From Bugula neritina (Eukaryota > Animalia > Bryozoa), in NCBI GenBank assembly GCA_964035545.1, contig OZ037765.1, positions 29,883,504-29,947,503 on the forward strand: 64,000 nt of DNA, given 5' to 3'. Under the pieces are notes generated by a model, which saw only the letters and a program-made list of their open reading frames with translations, had not been told where the DNA came from and ran no database searches. Position numbers and translations under genes: made by a program. Numbering within the stretch: position 1 is the first letter of the stretch; every line of letters begins with the position of its first letter. Positions 16,941 to 30,645 of the stretch are shown here, in pieces.

Positions 16941-19900
16941 ATGGCTGCATATCTCTACGGAGCAGCAATTTGCTACCTTATAACAGTTGGTAAGTTTTAA
17001 AACCAGTCTGAGTACATAGCGATACTGTTGGCGTGAATTTAGCTGAATGAAAACCCATCTTCGCATTCATCATAAATTATGTTCTTAAATATATAGCCAC
17101 AGGCTCCCATTCCTGCAGGGTGGGGGGGGGGGGCTGTAAGCTATTGGTATTATAATTCATAATTATGTCAGTACAAAATGTTAGAGTCTAAAGTGCATTC
17201 TTGCCGAAGCCAATTGTAGGGCAAACATTAGATTTAAATATCTTCTCTTCAATTTAATAAGATTAAATATTTTGAAGGGGCTGTGCAGCTCTCCACAAAA
17301 GTAAGCTGTACGGAGATATTGAAATAATACAGAACTATTAGTTGAATAGTTTTACACTACTGCTGCTCTCTATTTGCATTCCATGAGCACTTTTGATACA
17401 GTCTGCAGGCTACAGCATGCAAGTAGCATCTTCACTTCAAAAGATTGACACTTTATAAAGAGGCACTAGATTCCCTGTAATTACTGCTTGACAGGAATAT
17501 GTGCTACTTAAGATGTTTCCATGATTTATTAGTATGAGGGCAAAAAACATAAATGTCAACTGCATGACTCATATAATTTATAGCTGACTTTTATGGCATC
17601 AGTTGCTATGCTTTAGCTACAATGTCAGCAGCAGTTGCTGTTTAGTGACATACAACTGTGGGAGGGGTTTGGGGAGGGAAGGTATAGTAATGATGTGTAC
17701 CTGTAGTCTGCAGGTTGTTTTGACAGTGAGTCAAATTTGTTTGTTAAACGCTAAAAATTTGATCGCATATTGTGATGTAGAAAACAAAGATTCCACTGTG
17801 CAGTTTACAATAAGATACGACTACAATAAGTTTGTAACTGTTTGCTGATGGTTTGTTAGAAAAGTAATCAATTAATTGTGATTTGAAGGAATCAGCATTT
17901 TTATTTGATGAATGTTTGTCTAATTTGAGACTCTGTATACAAAACAACATATAAACTTAATGCTCAGAGAGAAACCACAATCACTCATAAGCTAAATTAT
18001 CTTAATTACTAGTTTTACATCAATCACCTGCTGCTAATGTTTGTATTTTAAGAACCATTTTCTATACACATTTTCTATACACTTCTATTAAGATACATAT
18101 ACATACATGGATTTGTGTTTGCCAAACAATACTATCGTGTAGTTAGTGCATGTTCTACAGCTTGTGTGGTCTCCCACATTGCTCTAATAATATTTTCTAG
18201 CTCTATGAATGGGAAAAACATTTTATTTGTAGTTCTACTGTACTCATGGGAACATTAAATCATGTAGTATTGTTTTTAGACCCATTATTATTTACTCAAT
18301 ACATCTCATGTTCAGATGCTGTAATGCTAAAGGATTGGATAGCATTTTAACAGTCAATTCACTAATTCATAGCTTGCAGAATGCGATATTTCCTCCGCAG
18401 TTTGTGTCAGTCCGAAAGTATTTCAATATGTCATGATCATTCATCATTAACAACAAAAGCCAGATAATTGATATGCAAGCTAAACCTTTCCTTTCACATG
18501 GTCACGGATTGCTGGCGAGACTACAGTTCTCAATGGACACTACAACGGCCATACCTGCTTTTTCTGAAAATAGAATGATACTAGACTTGTCAGGGAAGTC
18601 ATTCTAAAAATTGAATTATTATGATTTATTTGAACACATTTTAGTTGATAAATCTGCCACTTTCGCTATGACAATCCATGTCAAATTTAATGTTATGAAG
18701 TCATCCTAATTCAATATGATGAAGGAAATAAAATAAAATCATAATTTAATCAGATTTTGTATATAAAGATCTACATTTGAGCATTTCTTTACTAAGCTGA
18801 CGTAGTCTAAAGTAAGATGATAAAAGCAATTACTCGTTACTGAAATTTCAACCCCCAAGCTGTGGACTCAACAAAAATTTACATAATACTCTACAAACGT
18901 CTAATTGTTGACATATCATCTACTTTCCCATTTGAATTCTTATAAAAACTTAATAGTCAACAAAGTTATTCACTGAAAGAACAATGTACCATTATAAGCT
19001 AGTAAACCATTAGATATAATAATAATCTTCATGTATATCAATTATCATACATTTACATGCTAACCCTGAGAGCCGCCTCTATTCTCATTTACATCAATTA
19101 AGCTACCCCACACTAAGAGCAAATCCTTTCAGGCTTTTACTCCCTCAGTGTACTAAAGATAGATAAATGTACTAAATATGGAAAATTGAACTTTGGCTGA
19201 GTTTTTTGCATTGTCTGAAAGCTCTAAAAAGCCTGAGAACCATAGTTTTACTGGGAAAACTGATATAAGTTGGATTTGTTTATAGACAACCCGCTGAGCT
19301 GTTGTAGGCTGAAGATTGTGAACTGTTGTAAGAGATGATGAATTGATTAGGTGATGGATTGAAGATTACATTAAAATCTAATTAGCACAATATATTTGCT
19401 GTTACTTACATTTGTGTTGCATCAAGACTTTCATCAGATAGTCTATTAATTGTGCTATGAGATAATATTCAAGACAGCGTTTATATTCTACAAAGGAGTT
19501 GAATGTCAGCGTGTATTATTATTATTCCAACAGACCAAAACTATGTTGCCCATCTTTCTTTGATGTGATGAAAAATGCACTTGAAACTTGATTTGTAAAT
19601 GATGAAAACTTTCACTTATTGACAGCTTCTGGCCAAGTTTGTTCTTTTCCACCAAACTGGAGAGATACGTGGTTAATCAGCGGGTTCCAAAGCATTCTGG
19701 AGTACCAGGTTACGAGCAACACTATAACTTCCAAAGGAACTTGTCAGGCATCCGGAGGAGATAATCGCTATCTTTTACTCAGTCAAAGGTGAACACTAGG
19801 GAGACATGAAAAGAATCAATTTATATCACATTCATTGAATAGATTAGCGAAAACTTATCATACGATGAACAGATGGTTCAACAGTTTCTCTCACTTATAG

Positions 19901-22900
19901 CACCTTTTAACTAGTTTATGCATTATGCTAAATGCACATTAATATGTCAATCACTGTTACCACTAGTAACCAGCAGTTTATAATTCATAAATATGTCTCT
20001 AAGGATGTCAGTGAAAAATAATTATATATATTTAATCCTGGTGTATAATAGCATCAATTTACGGGGTTATTGATAACTTCAAAAGGTAAGAAAGCTGTAA
20101 TAGGTTTTACACTGATTTATAACTACTTTAATTTGATTTATATTCATTATGCTGCCGTTGAACTTCTGTTTTGGCCAGTTGAGTTATATATTTCATTATT
20201 GTAATAACTAGTCTAGCTGTTCTGTTCCTATCAATAATTCTTCTCACTTTAAAACTGACTAGTGATTGACTGAACCATGTAATGATTTGTAATTTCATGT
20301 TATTTTTCTTGTAGTTCGAACTCAAATGATGGGCAGATCAACTGTTACAGATGTTTAGTGTTTACTGTCCGCCATGTAAACCTGTTGCAGTTCAAAGAAG
20401 GTTCGTATGCTGTATTAGGCTATCATCAAATTAGCAGTACCTGACATTCACCACCTTTGATCCTCTGCAATCATTGCTGCGCTATAGGTTAATAAATCAT
20501 AATTCTCCATTAGGGTTGTTGTATTCATTTTTGGTTCCAATAACATTATGGATACATGTTCTCGACCATTAGCTTACGATGTAAGTCTGAACACCATTGT
20601 GAGAATAAAAATAGGAAATGAATTGTAATGCATAGCGTTTACTAGAATATTCCTAGATGATATAGTATTATAGTTACTGTTGCTCCCAAGCTTAAATTCT
20701 TGGTATTTTCTTTTGATGTTCTCTCTCTCCATACCTCTAGAGAATTTTTTAAGCACAAAAGCTTTTATACTAATTTATCTGAATGCAACAATTTGTATTC
20801 ATCGGAATAGATTTTGCTATTAAGGTTTCTGCCTCCGTGAGGACATGGAACTAAGCAGTTTCCATCTGCCCTGCTCCCTTGATTGCATACCTATTTGCCA
20901 CAGAATCTAAGTCTCGTGCACTTGTGGTCACTGCTAATTAACCTAACGTAGCTGCTCCACTTCAATGTGTCAAATGTGTACAGTTAGGCTGTGGGTTTGA
21001 GCAATGTAAGATACATTAAAGTAATAATTTGCAATGATTATCCTGTGGTTAGACTCAGAGGCAGACTATTGTTTCATCGGAGAAGACTGCATATGTTTCA
21101 TGCTTACTATTTATGTTAAAAACCGGTTGAGTTGTTATTGAATGGATGGAAAATAAAAGGTATTGTAAAATATTTGCCCCCAGCACTTTACTGCTGCAAT
21201 GTTACTTTATCCCAAGAGATAGCAGATGTAAACTTCAACGCATGACTGCTTTTAGTTATTTTGAAGAACATAATAATGTTGTTGTGACTTTAAACATCTT
21301 CCCTAAGCGAAACATTTGAATAATCTAGCAGTTTCCATTTCTTTGCTTTTAAATAAAGCACCACCTGCTAAATATAAGATGCATTCTTTGTTGTTGAAAA
21401 GTCGAAAGTCTGGGATGATTTATTTGCTAGAGAAAAAATCTTAATTTGTTAATTGTGTGGAAAATCCAATTATTGTTCATTGAAACATCTAAAATTTAAT
21501 TTTATTCTTTATTAGTTGCAAGTCGAGTAGAATAATTAGTTTTCTCAGTACTATGGGATGACTTGGCATTGATTTAAAAAAAATTATCTTCTAACTTGTA
21601 TGTCTATGTTTATTCATTGCAGCTGTAAAATAAAGTTCAACATAGTCAAGTTCATGACTCCACGCATGAGTCATTGTATATCTTATCTGTTAGCTGGCCA
21701 CTACTATATTGTTTCTCATATGGAATTATTTGTAGCTATTGTGTGTGACCCTCCCAACACAGATGGTGACTTTCTGGACAGTCTGTGTGGTCGAATACAC
21801 AACAGTAACATACTCAATACTCTTATCAGAAGTAAGTTATCAGCACATGACTTTACACACAGCTTCTTATCACCTATACTCTGTAAGCTGTGTGCACATT
21901 CTAGATAAATAGCAAGCTAGTTGAGACTTGAGTATTGATAGAATGTGTGATATAATAAGTAGTTTGAGTAGTCTGCAAAATCTGTTGAATTTTCAACGGA
22001 CTAAAAAAAATGAATATTTCTATTAGATATTTTTTTTCATCTTCTGCTATGATAGTAATTTTGGTGGCACATTTGCATGAGATGGGTTTTGGTGTTGGGG
22101 TTAGAATTTTATGATTTGGCTATAAAATATATCAGACTCATCTGTTGAGCAAATGAGTGAATAAAAATGCGATGAACAACCTGCAGACAGCTGTTGATGT
22201 ACCAGAATTTGTGTAATTACCTTGATTAACCTTTACATGCTACTCAGGTAGTAAAAAGACAATAAAAACACTCTGGGCCAGTGAACATGACTGTTAGTAA
22301 AACTGAGTATATGGCCAACTTTATAGGTAGGACCAAGTGTAATAACTCTTCTCAACAAAGCAAAAATTCTCTCAGGTAAAGGGAGGCAAACAACCCATGC
22401 ATTATAATTAAGTCGATTCATACATTTTATTAGCCATAGATATGCCTTTAATTATTAGTGAACAATTTCTGCCGCTCTTTGCTCTAAAAACTGACATAAA
22501 AACAATGTTGAGTATAATCTAATTACGGCATTGTTGGCCTGATCTGCTAGCTTAGTTTATTACACAATTTAGAGCAATTTCCTTCATCTTATCAATCTAA
22601 ATATCAGTAATTATTTTATGCTTTTTTATCTTATTAATAAAATTATCTTATTATCTTCTTAAATGCTATAAAAGAGAGTTTTGGATATTTTATATAAATT
22701 AACACGTCACTTTCCGCAGACGTGTGTCTCCTCATCTATCATGGGTTTGTCAAAGTTACAGGCACCACATATCGTCTGTTATTTAAATTATCTTGTACCC
22801 AATATTTTCATCTTGAATAGTTGCCCAAAATGGTTGGTTAGTCATATTCGCAATTAATTGAAATGAGCATCAATTTTCTAGGATTATTTTTATTGCACAA

Positions 22901-25900
22901 TGGAATTTAAATGATTTAATAATAGGTCTTATATACTTAACTTGAAAAGATTTAATTAAGATACTGAAATTATTGTATTGCTAAAAGCTATAGTTTCTGT
23001 ACATCAATCAATTTAATATGCTGCAAATAAGTGTAATATGGCTTCAGTAGCTACGGCTTCATTTAGATAAATTTTAGAGCATTTCATAATTTATAAATTT
23101 TTATTAAATTTTTATATTCGAAGTCGGATTTGTTAACAGCTACTAATAGGACCAGTTCTACGTTCACTGCCCTCTAGTTTGCTGGTAGTCTTAAGATTCG
23201 ATAGCATTGCGTCATTATGTGGAACTTATGTACATACAGCCTATTAAATATAAATTAGTCTATTTTGTAGAACAGGAATTTGTTAAGTGTGAAAGTGTAA
23301 AAATACTAACTATATATTGTTGCTATTGCATAGTAAAATTTTTAAAATCAATATGGCGTGGTTGTAGTACAATTAGTCAAGTACAGTAAAAGCCAATGTG
23401 TACTCATGATGCTAAGGAAACAGTTGAATTACATTAAGAATTGATAATTCTAGTATTACGTATGTATTAGTGCAGTTGAAAAATTTAATGGCGAATATTT
23501 CTAAGGGATACTTTGAAGCCTCTATTTCCCCTGCTAGTTTCTAGGGAATATAAAAAGCATTGTTCATTATTTCATGTTATAATATTGCAAACATGCTCCA
23601 TGCTCAATCAGTGTAATTTTGATTTATTGACTCTGTCAGCTTGTGTTAGTAAAAGGGCTTTCATTTGTAACGAGCTTCTATTAAATTTTCATTGATTTTC
23701 TTCTGTTTACAAAAATGTTGCACCAGAAACTTTGCTTGTAATTAAAAACCACTTCATAGTGATACTATCAGTCCCTATGAATATGTTGCAACCTCTGATA
23801 ATGCTAGTTCTGTTTCCAGAGCATTCTGTCCCAGTGCCATGTCCTAAAGCCTTGCACAACGACTTGGACTTTAGCTATGACAGAGGTGACGGCACGTGCA
23901 CTTCTGAAGATTCCAAGATTAAAAAATGTGCATCTGAAAAAAGTTTCCATATTCAAATGGGTGATTGTGGAAGTTACGGCTATTCAGGAGAAGGTAGGCT
24001 TTAAAGGAATATGGTAACTTCAAAATGTTTGAGTTTTAATTCCATCGTAGCTCCTATAGTGTAATGATAAGCGAACTGGCTTGCAAGTCAGAAGTCTGAG
24101 TGTGGAATTCCAGTGGGGCAGAAATTTTTTACAACAAATTAATGGATTGTACCACTAAATACTAACCCTTAGAAAGAATAGCTACCTGTGTCATTATATT
24201 TGTATTATTAAGGGCTGCGGTCAGAAGCCATTCTGTAATAATTAATGAGGGAGGGAAACTAATGCTAACATATGTTAGGCTGGCTAATTTTTTTAGCCAG
24301 ACTGCATAGAATTTAAAATTTAATTAGACAATGTAGAAAATTATGCCATTAAGTTTTGACATGAAATTGATTGTACTTTGGCTGTAGCTGATGAGAAATA
24401 ATAAATTAGGTAACTAAATAGAACATGCATAATATTTACAGTACTTGCTGGACTTCTTTACAGGCATGACAGTCTGATATGCCTCAGAAATTGGCTTTTG
24501 CTTATTTGTGACAATAGTCTTGGGTGAAATGAAGCTCTAAATACATTACTGATATTATGTTGCATTTCTTAATATAAACAAAGTCTTGCTGACCAAGTGA
24601 AAGCTATTACATAACAGCAATCTGTCATGTTTTGTGCTTCACACAGCTATGGATTAGCAATTTTGCTGTTGCACGCAGTTAATCATTGGCGAAATTGATT
24701 TTTATTCTAATGTTAAAAGTTCTATGCAAAACACTGGTTTAGTACTCTATAATTTTTCTTAAAGCATTGCTTTGAAGTTGGTAGAAAAATCATTTGCTTG
24801 TCTGACTAAAGGAAACAAAATAAGTGCAGCTTGTTGACCAGTCATAAAGGTCAAGGGCAAGTGAAACCCAGCCAGCTTGGTAGAGTAGCTGCTGAACGCA
24901 GCCGTATAATTGAATAAACACTTACAGTCACTTTACAACTTATATACTCAGTGTAGAGTATATGTCATCACTCATTGAATCTGATTGTAAGAATTTGAGT
25001 TATGTGCAAATTTTCTAAATTGAATCTGACAGCAGAAACTAAAAGTAAGAATTCAATGGGGTGCAATCAAACTGAGATCACTAATGACATTATGTCCTTA
25101 TAATAAGGGCTTTGCTAGGGAGCAGCCCTGGTCTAGGGGTTAGAGCATTTGCTTAGTAATCACGAAGTCATGGGTTTAAACCCCTACAAAGGCTAATGGT
25201 GATGTTAGGAAGAGCATCCAATAATTGCTTCTGCGCCCCATCTTAGCACAATTTAACAAAAACCCTTTCCAACAAGGGGTTTCTCACAGGGATGGCGACT
25301 ATAAACTTGTGTGAGTTTAATAAAAGCTTTGTTGTCTTTACAGAAGCGGAGGTACAATGTCTAGCTGACTGGAAGAGCAGTCTAGGATACTGGCTGTTTG
25401 TGAAATATGGCGAGAATGACTATAGATGCATGGTAATACAACTCTGCTATATTCTATATTGATATTCTAATTTCTTCAATATGCCTTCTAATCAAAATAA
25501 CATCATCTTGTAGCTCAAATCTCCTTCAATTTTAATTAACATTCTAAATGCTTGATTAGCTGCTGTCATAACAATGGATATCTTCATGGATTTTTGGTGT
25601 TAATCAGCAATGCTTCGGGCTGCTTAGATTCAACTTTAGAGCACTTAGAATAGGTTGTAATTACCTTCCAGTATTTAGTGAAAAGTCAGTTGTTGGTTCT
25701 CGTAATTAGCTCATTTCACAGGCTAGAGTTCTAATAGACTTTTCATCACATCTACACAGTTATAATAGACCACCTACAACTAGTTGACTAACAGTAGCAC
25801 TTGAGGGCACCTTGTCCTACTACAAAATGACACAGGTTACATAAGTATGGGCTAAATTAGGTGCTAAGTGAAATATTTAATTACTTTGCGAAATGTCAAC

Positions 25901-28900
25901 TATTTACATTGGCAGGTGGTCTTTTGAATAGCAACTTATGCATGGGTAGATTTCAAAATGGCTGTCATACTATACTGAACTTTCACATTGTGCAATCTTA
26001 TAGCAATTACTCTTGTTGTATACAAACAGATATTGTTTGAATTCTAATTATTTAGTCATCTAACTAATAACAGTAATAAGAAACTGTATTGCAATATAAT
26101 ACACATTATTTCTGTTTGTTTCAGTATTATGATCTCACAGCAAAGACTATGGGCATGTCCACTGATGCCTCATGTATAGGGATTTCCATAATCTATAACG
26201 CCCCTCTATTTATAGAATGGCAAGAAAGTAAGTGAGAATAAAGTAATTGTGTTAATTGTAGTTGATTATGGTATGCTGGTACCAACCCTGCCAGCTAGAT
26301 TATTGCACTTTTCTTCATGACTTCAGTTTCTAATATACCAGTAATATATAAATTCCATAACACTGTTTTCAGAATGCCTGCCTGACAGACTTTTAAAATC
26401 GTATAGTTGGCATACTTGAGTTCCACCTCATAAATCAAGCAGCTGTTTTAGTGAAACCTGCTGCATTGACTAGTGTTGCTTGCATTGCTTCAGATACACA
26501 ATCCTATGTGCAGTCAGTGCTATGGCATGCATGTGTATAATAATTGCTATGTGAAATAGACAGTACATTTATTGATGTCGTTCTCTCGGCAGCATGGGAA
26601 CTATTTTAGTATAGCATTGCTTTAGCTCAAAGTCTATTACCCATTAAAACATGTGGCCCACATCTTGCTTCACATCTGCTTCAGATTTCTTAATTTCTTT
26701 AATTAGGAAAGAATGAAAGTTTGCAGCTAAATAAAAATTGCATTATTGTTGCAAAACAAGATATTGTATTGTAGGTCCAACTTCCGTACAGACTGTAGAA
26801 CCGTGCAGCTACGATACGTTCTTCACCCAACGGGAGTGGTCGGATCTGGAAGCTTCTAGCATCTACAGATATGACTTGTCAACCAATGAGCTCGTAGTTG
26901 ACAAACTTGTTAGCGGTGTAGTCACTTATACAGAGACTGTCCAACGATTAACCTGCTTTCAGAAGATCTACACCGGAGTTGAGCACAAGCAGCAGTTTGT
27001 AGCCCAAGTTCTTAACAAATGGTGGGTCATCACAGCAGATCTTCTCAATTTTTTCTGACCCAATTTTTACGAGTGTTGGTTTTGATGGTAGCACGTTGTC
27101 TGTAGTATTCGCACTTTGCTTATCACTTCTACCCCTTATAAGTGGCTTTATAGTTAGAGGTGTTTTAGTGAAGTAGCCCTATCTTACAAATGATGGAATA
27201 AATTAGCTTTCATTACACACATCTGTGTTTTATATGTCTAAAGCACAAGTATTTCACATGCAAGTTTATTTACAATCCCAGAGTGATTTTGCTCTTTTTG
27301 TCACTGGTAGTTAGCAGTATTTATGAAACTTTTTAACTTATACTCTGTGGGTTTTGGGCGTGTCTATTGTTTTTCACTATTTCAGTTGTGTATATCTTGT
27401 CTTTTAGTGAACGTGGATACCAATGCTTGAGTTTCAAACGGAAATCTGATACAGTGATAGAGTTAGTCATGGGTACGGTACAGTTACAGTAATTGCCTTG
27501 ACAATAGTAATGTATAACCGCCATAAAAAGTGCATGCCTCTGTAAATAAAGTCTATAGTCTGTTATAAGATACTAGATATAGGAAAAAGTTCCATGAGCT
27601 TATTATATGTATATAGTTTAATTTGTAAAACTTGTTCAATTCTGTAAAAGGACCAATAAGTGGTTATTTTTGAATATCTAGTTTTACTAAAAGGTTGCGC
27701 ATGAGAGCGAGATTTATAGTGAAAGATTGGTAAATTTTGCAGGTGCTCTAACAAGTTCCTCAGCCAATGCCTGTTCGGCACGGAAAATGAGTTCTCCATT
27801 GTCACAAAAGCGAATACTAGTGGATGTGAATGCTGACCCTGTAGCCTGTCCTCTCCCTGGTATATACTCTGTACAGCAGCAAAGTCATGCCTGTTCACTT
27901 ACTGTGGAGATGGGCTGCTCAAACCCCTCTGAAATAGAGCTTAAAGAATGTGACATGATAAGTAAGTGTTTCCTTATCGGCTATCCCATTGTTTGAGTTA
28001 AATATGACTAACGTTTGCCAAATCTTCCTCCTTTTTTTATGACAGAATCTTCACATTTTGCCAGCATCAGCAACTTCCTTTTTTCACACTAGCCTACATC
28101 ACTGCTATTTTTATCTTTTCACTATAGTACTATTTAGTTACTGGGTTTGAGTTGAAATAAATAGGAATTTTTCCAATTTACTCTATTAAATTTACACTAT
28201 CAAATATAGCAAGTTTTCGCAATTTATTCTAGTGCTTGTATAGATAACAAAATGAGTCATAAATATATACCAACACAAATAAAGTATAAACATATTTCCT
28301 CATTACTGGCATTTGCAAAGGCACACTTGTGAAGAATTGTTGCATGCGTAGCTAATGCACTAGCTGACATTCAAATGATGCCATTTGTCTTCCGTATAAT
28401 TTTTCTATTCTGTAAGGTTAGCTCACTCAACATCTAGGCAGACTTGTTTTTACTACGGATCACTTCACAGATATTGATCAACCAGGAGTTGACTTTTTAA
28501 GCACGTTGAGTATTCCAAAGATTATTAATTAGGCAGAGGAAATGATATTACATTGTGGTGTGAGAGCATAAGTTGTCTATCATAGAACTATGAACTAAAC
28601 GCTCAATTAAATTTCCAACAGGTGTAAAAGTATAAGCAGACGTAATTAAATTCTCTTGCAGAAGAGACCCATTATTACATGATTAGCTGATGTCTGACAA
28701 TGGATCTCATGACTCTTGATAATGTTTGAATGCTTGAGAGTTTAATTGTATAAGTAAGTTAAGATAATTACATTTTAGAATCAACTATGCAGTGTCTGGC
28801 AAGTTGGAGTGAAGGCAATACCAACAAAATTATAATCTCTAAGAAAAATCACCCAAAGAAAAGCAACTGTTATGTAAGTATATAAGACAATTATGCAACT

Positions 28901-29990
28901 GATTATTGTTAGTTAATTAAAAATATTTTCTTTTATTAAATTGAAAAGCTTGTTGAGGTTGTCTGTGTGCACATGTCAAAGAACATATGCAAATTTCTAT
29001 TGTTGACACTATTTAATTTTTCATCATTATATAACACTAAATATACAAAAGTAGACCCAATAGCTTACATCGTAGACAACTAATTTATGTTGATTAATTT
29101 ACGACTTGCCTCAAGGATAACATCAACTGGATATTATGCAAGCATTCGGTTGATGTGTGCCAACAGCAAATGTGTCAGGCTTTAAATATAAATGCCATCA
29201 AAGATAGCGGAGTGTTCTTTTTGAATGCTTGTCATGTCTGTGATTTTTGGCTATCTGGAAGATTCCATAAATTTGAGTGCATATTTTGAAATTTATATGC
29301 ATTCAACAGTTTCTTGACATGCCACCAAGCAATTCTTTATGTAACCCTAAGTAACAAGCTGACATATTTGTCAAAATTTATATCAACTCGTGACAAGCTA
29401 CCTGTATTACATATTCATTGTTTTAGAGCTACAAGATAAATGAGCCCAATACAGTATTACAATTAGATGAAGGGTGTAACAACCAAGCTCCTAATATTTT
29501 GGATAGCCAACTGTATTATCCTCCTTTTAAATTACATTCCGTGGTTGGTAAGTTATGCTTCAAAATTAATTCATCAAATTTATTATATTTTAAATCGCTT
29601 TTAAAATTTTTTCAACAAGTTTTAGATGTCTGCATGTAAATTTCTTGTACTAATCAATACTTGTCAACAAGCATATTCACTCAATCCTCACCATGGTGAT
29701 GGGCACCATCATCCTTTTTGATCAGCACAGTTATAGGTAGATGGGAAAAGTTGGATAATATTGTTTGTGAAATCAGCTATATTTTTTACACAGATAGTTG
29801 GTTTATGTTACAAGATTGCTGTTGTTTTTTAGAGCAATGCAAAAATGGCTTAACAGTAAGAAGCTCTGATAAAGACTATCAATCACAAACCAGTTCAGAT
29901 AAAAACACTGGGAATAGATTGCAACAAAACATGGTGTATTTATTAGTTAGTGCAGTAACATTAACTCTAATTACTTCAAGACTGCTGTGA
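16941..29990 (+). CDS. Secreted/GPI-anchored cysteine-rich protein, DUF7042-7044 family, Undicht-like (~554 aa, 13 exons)
   Basis: Phase-consistent exons 16941-16989, 19626-19788, 20315-20400, 21736-21831, 23820-23993, 25344-25432, 26125-26227, 26775-27021, 27408-27472, 27743-27961, 28779-28873, 29427-29547, 29833-29990. Signal MAAYLYGAAICYLITVASG. Motifs CSFPPNWRDTWLISG, CYRCLVFTVRHVNLLQFKE, PVPCP..FSYDRGDGTC, QCLADWK and QCLASWSEG. Hydrophobic C-terminus. Family assignment is from recalled insect homologues. Confidence 0.85.
24049..24135 (+). mobile_element. tRNA-derived SINE head (degenerate)
   Basis: AGCTCCTATAGTGTAATGATAAGC (A-box-like) ... GTGTGGAATTCCAGTGGGG (B-box-like), followed by a T-run. 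Confidence 0.45.
25118..25325 (+). mobile_element. tRNA-derived SINE, copy 1
   Basis: tRNA-like head, core GTGATGTTAGGAAGAGCATCC and tail TCTCACAGGGATGGCGACTATAAAC. Clearly homologous to the copy at 45820-46022. Confidence 0.8.
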
Positions 29991-30645
29991 TTTCCTTTAC
30001 AAAGAAATCTACTAAAGAAATTAAGTGGTGCTAGCTGTGATACTGGGTCATGCTCCCATTAAGAAACTTAGATATCAAGGAAATATTTATTAATTAACTT
30101 GTAAATACTCTTTGTATGTTATTGGCGGTTATACATAAGTTCTGTTCACTTATTCATTTTTGTGCAATACTCACAATCCATTGATTATAAATTGACTAAA
30201 CTGAATTTAATGTTGAACTTTCGAAGTTTTGATGTTCACACATTTGTTGTGCTACACTGTGCCTGCTTGGAATTTTTATATACATAGCTGTTAATGCAAG
30301 GCACTTTTTGCAACTGCTGGAATTGTACATGATTCAATTGTCAAATATCTCAAGAAAATTCTATAACAAAATAATGTATTTACTTTTTAAAGTTATTTAC
30401 GATAGGGCTATGACTGACACTCTCTATAACATAAATTATACGTCATATTTATTGAATTCCACACATTTTTTGTAACTTCACATGTCTAATATGTTATGTC
30501 ATTGTTTGTAAATGTCCATGTATATAATAATTATATATATTGTTGATATATTTTTGTATCATTGAATGACGCTCAAAATATTGTGTATAAATAAAAATAT
30601 GTTTGAAAGCAAAGACATTATGCAATACTTCCACTTCATGAGAGA

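Noticed and set aside
17117-17133. Poly-G run as a G-quadruplex regulatory element
   Set aside because: Isolated homopolymer with no further support.
18540-18560. CAACGGCCATACC resembling the 5' end of 5S rRNA
   Set aside because: Similarity stops after ~12 nt and there is no internal control region.
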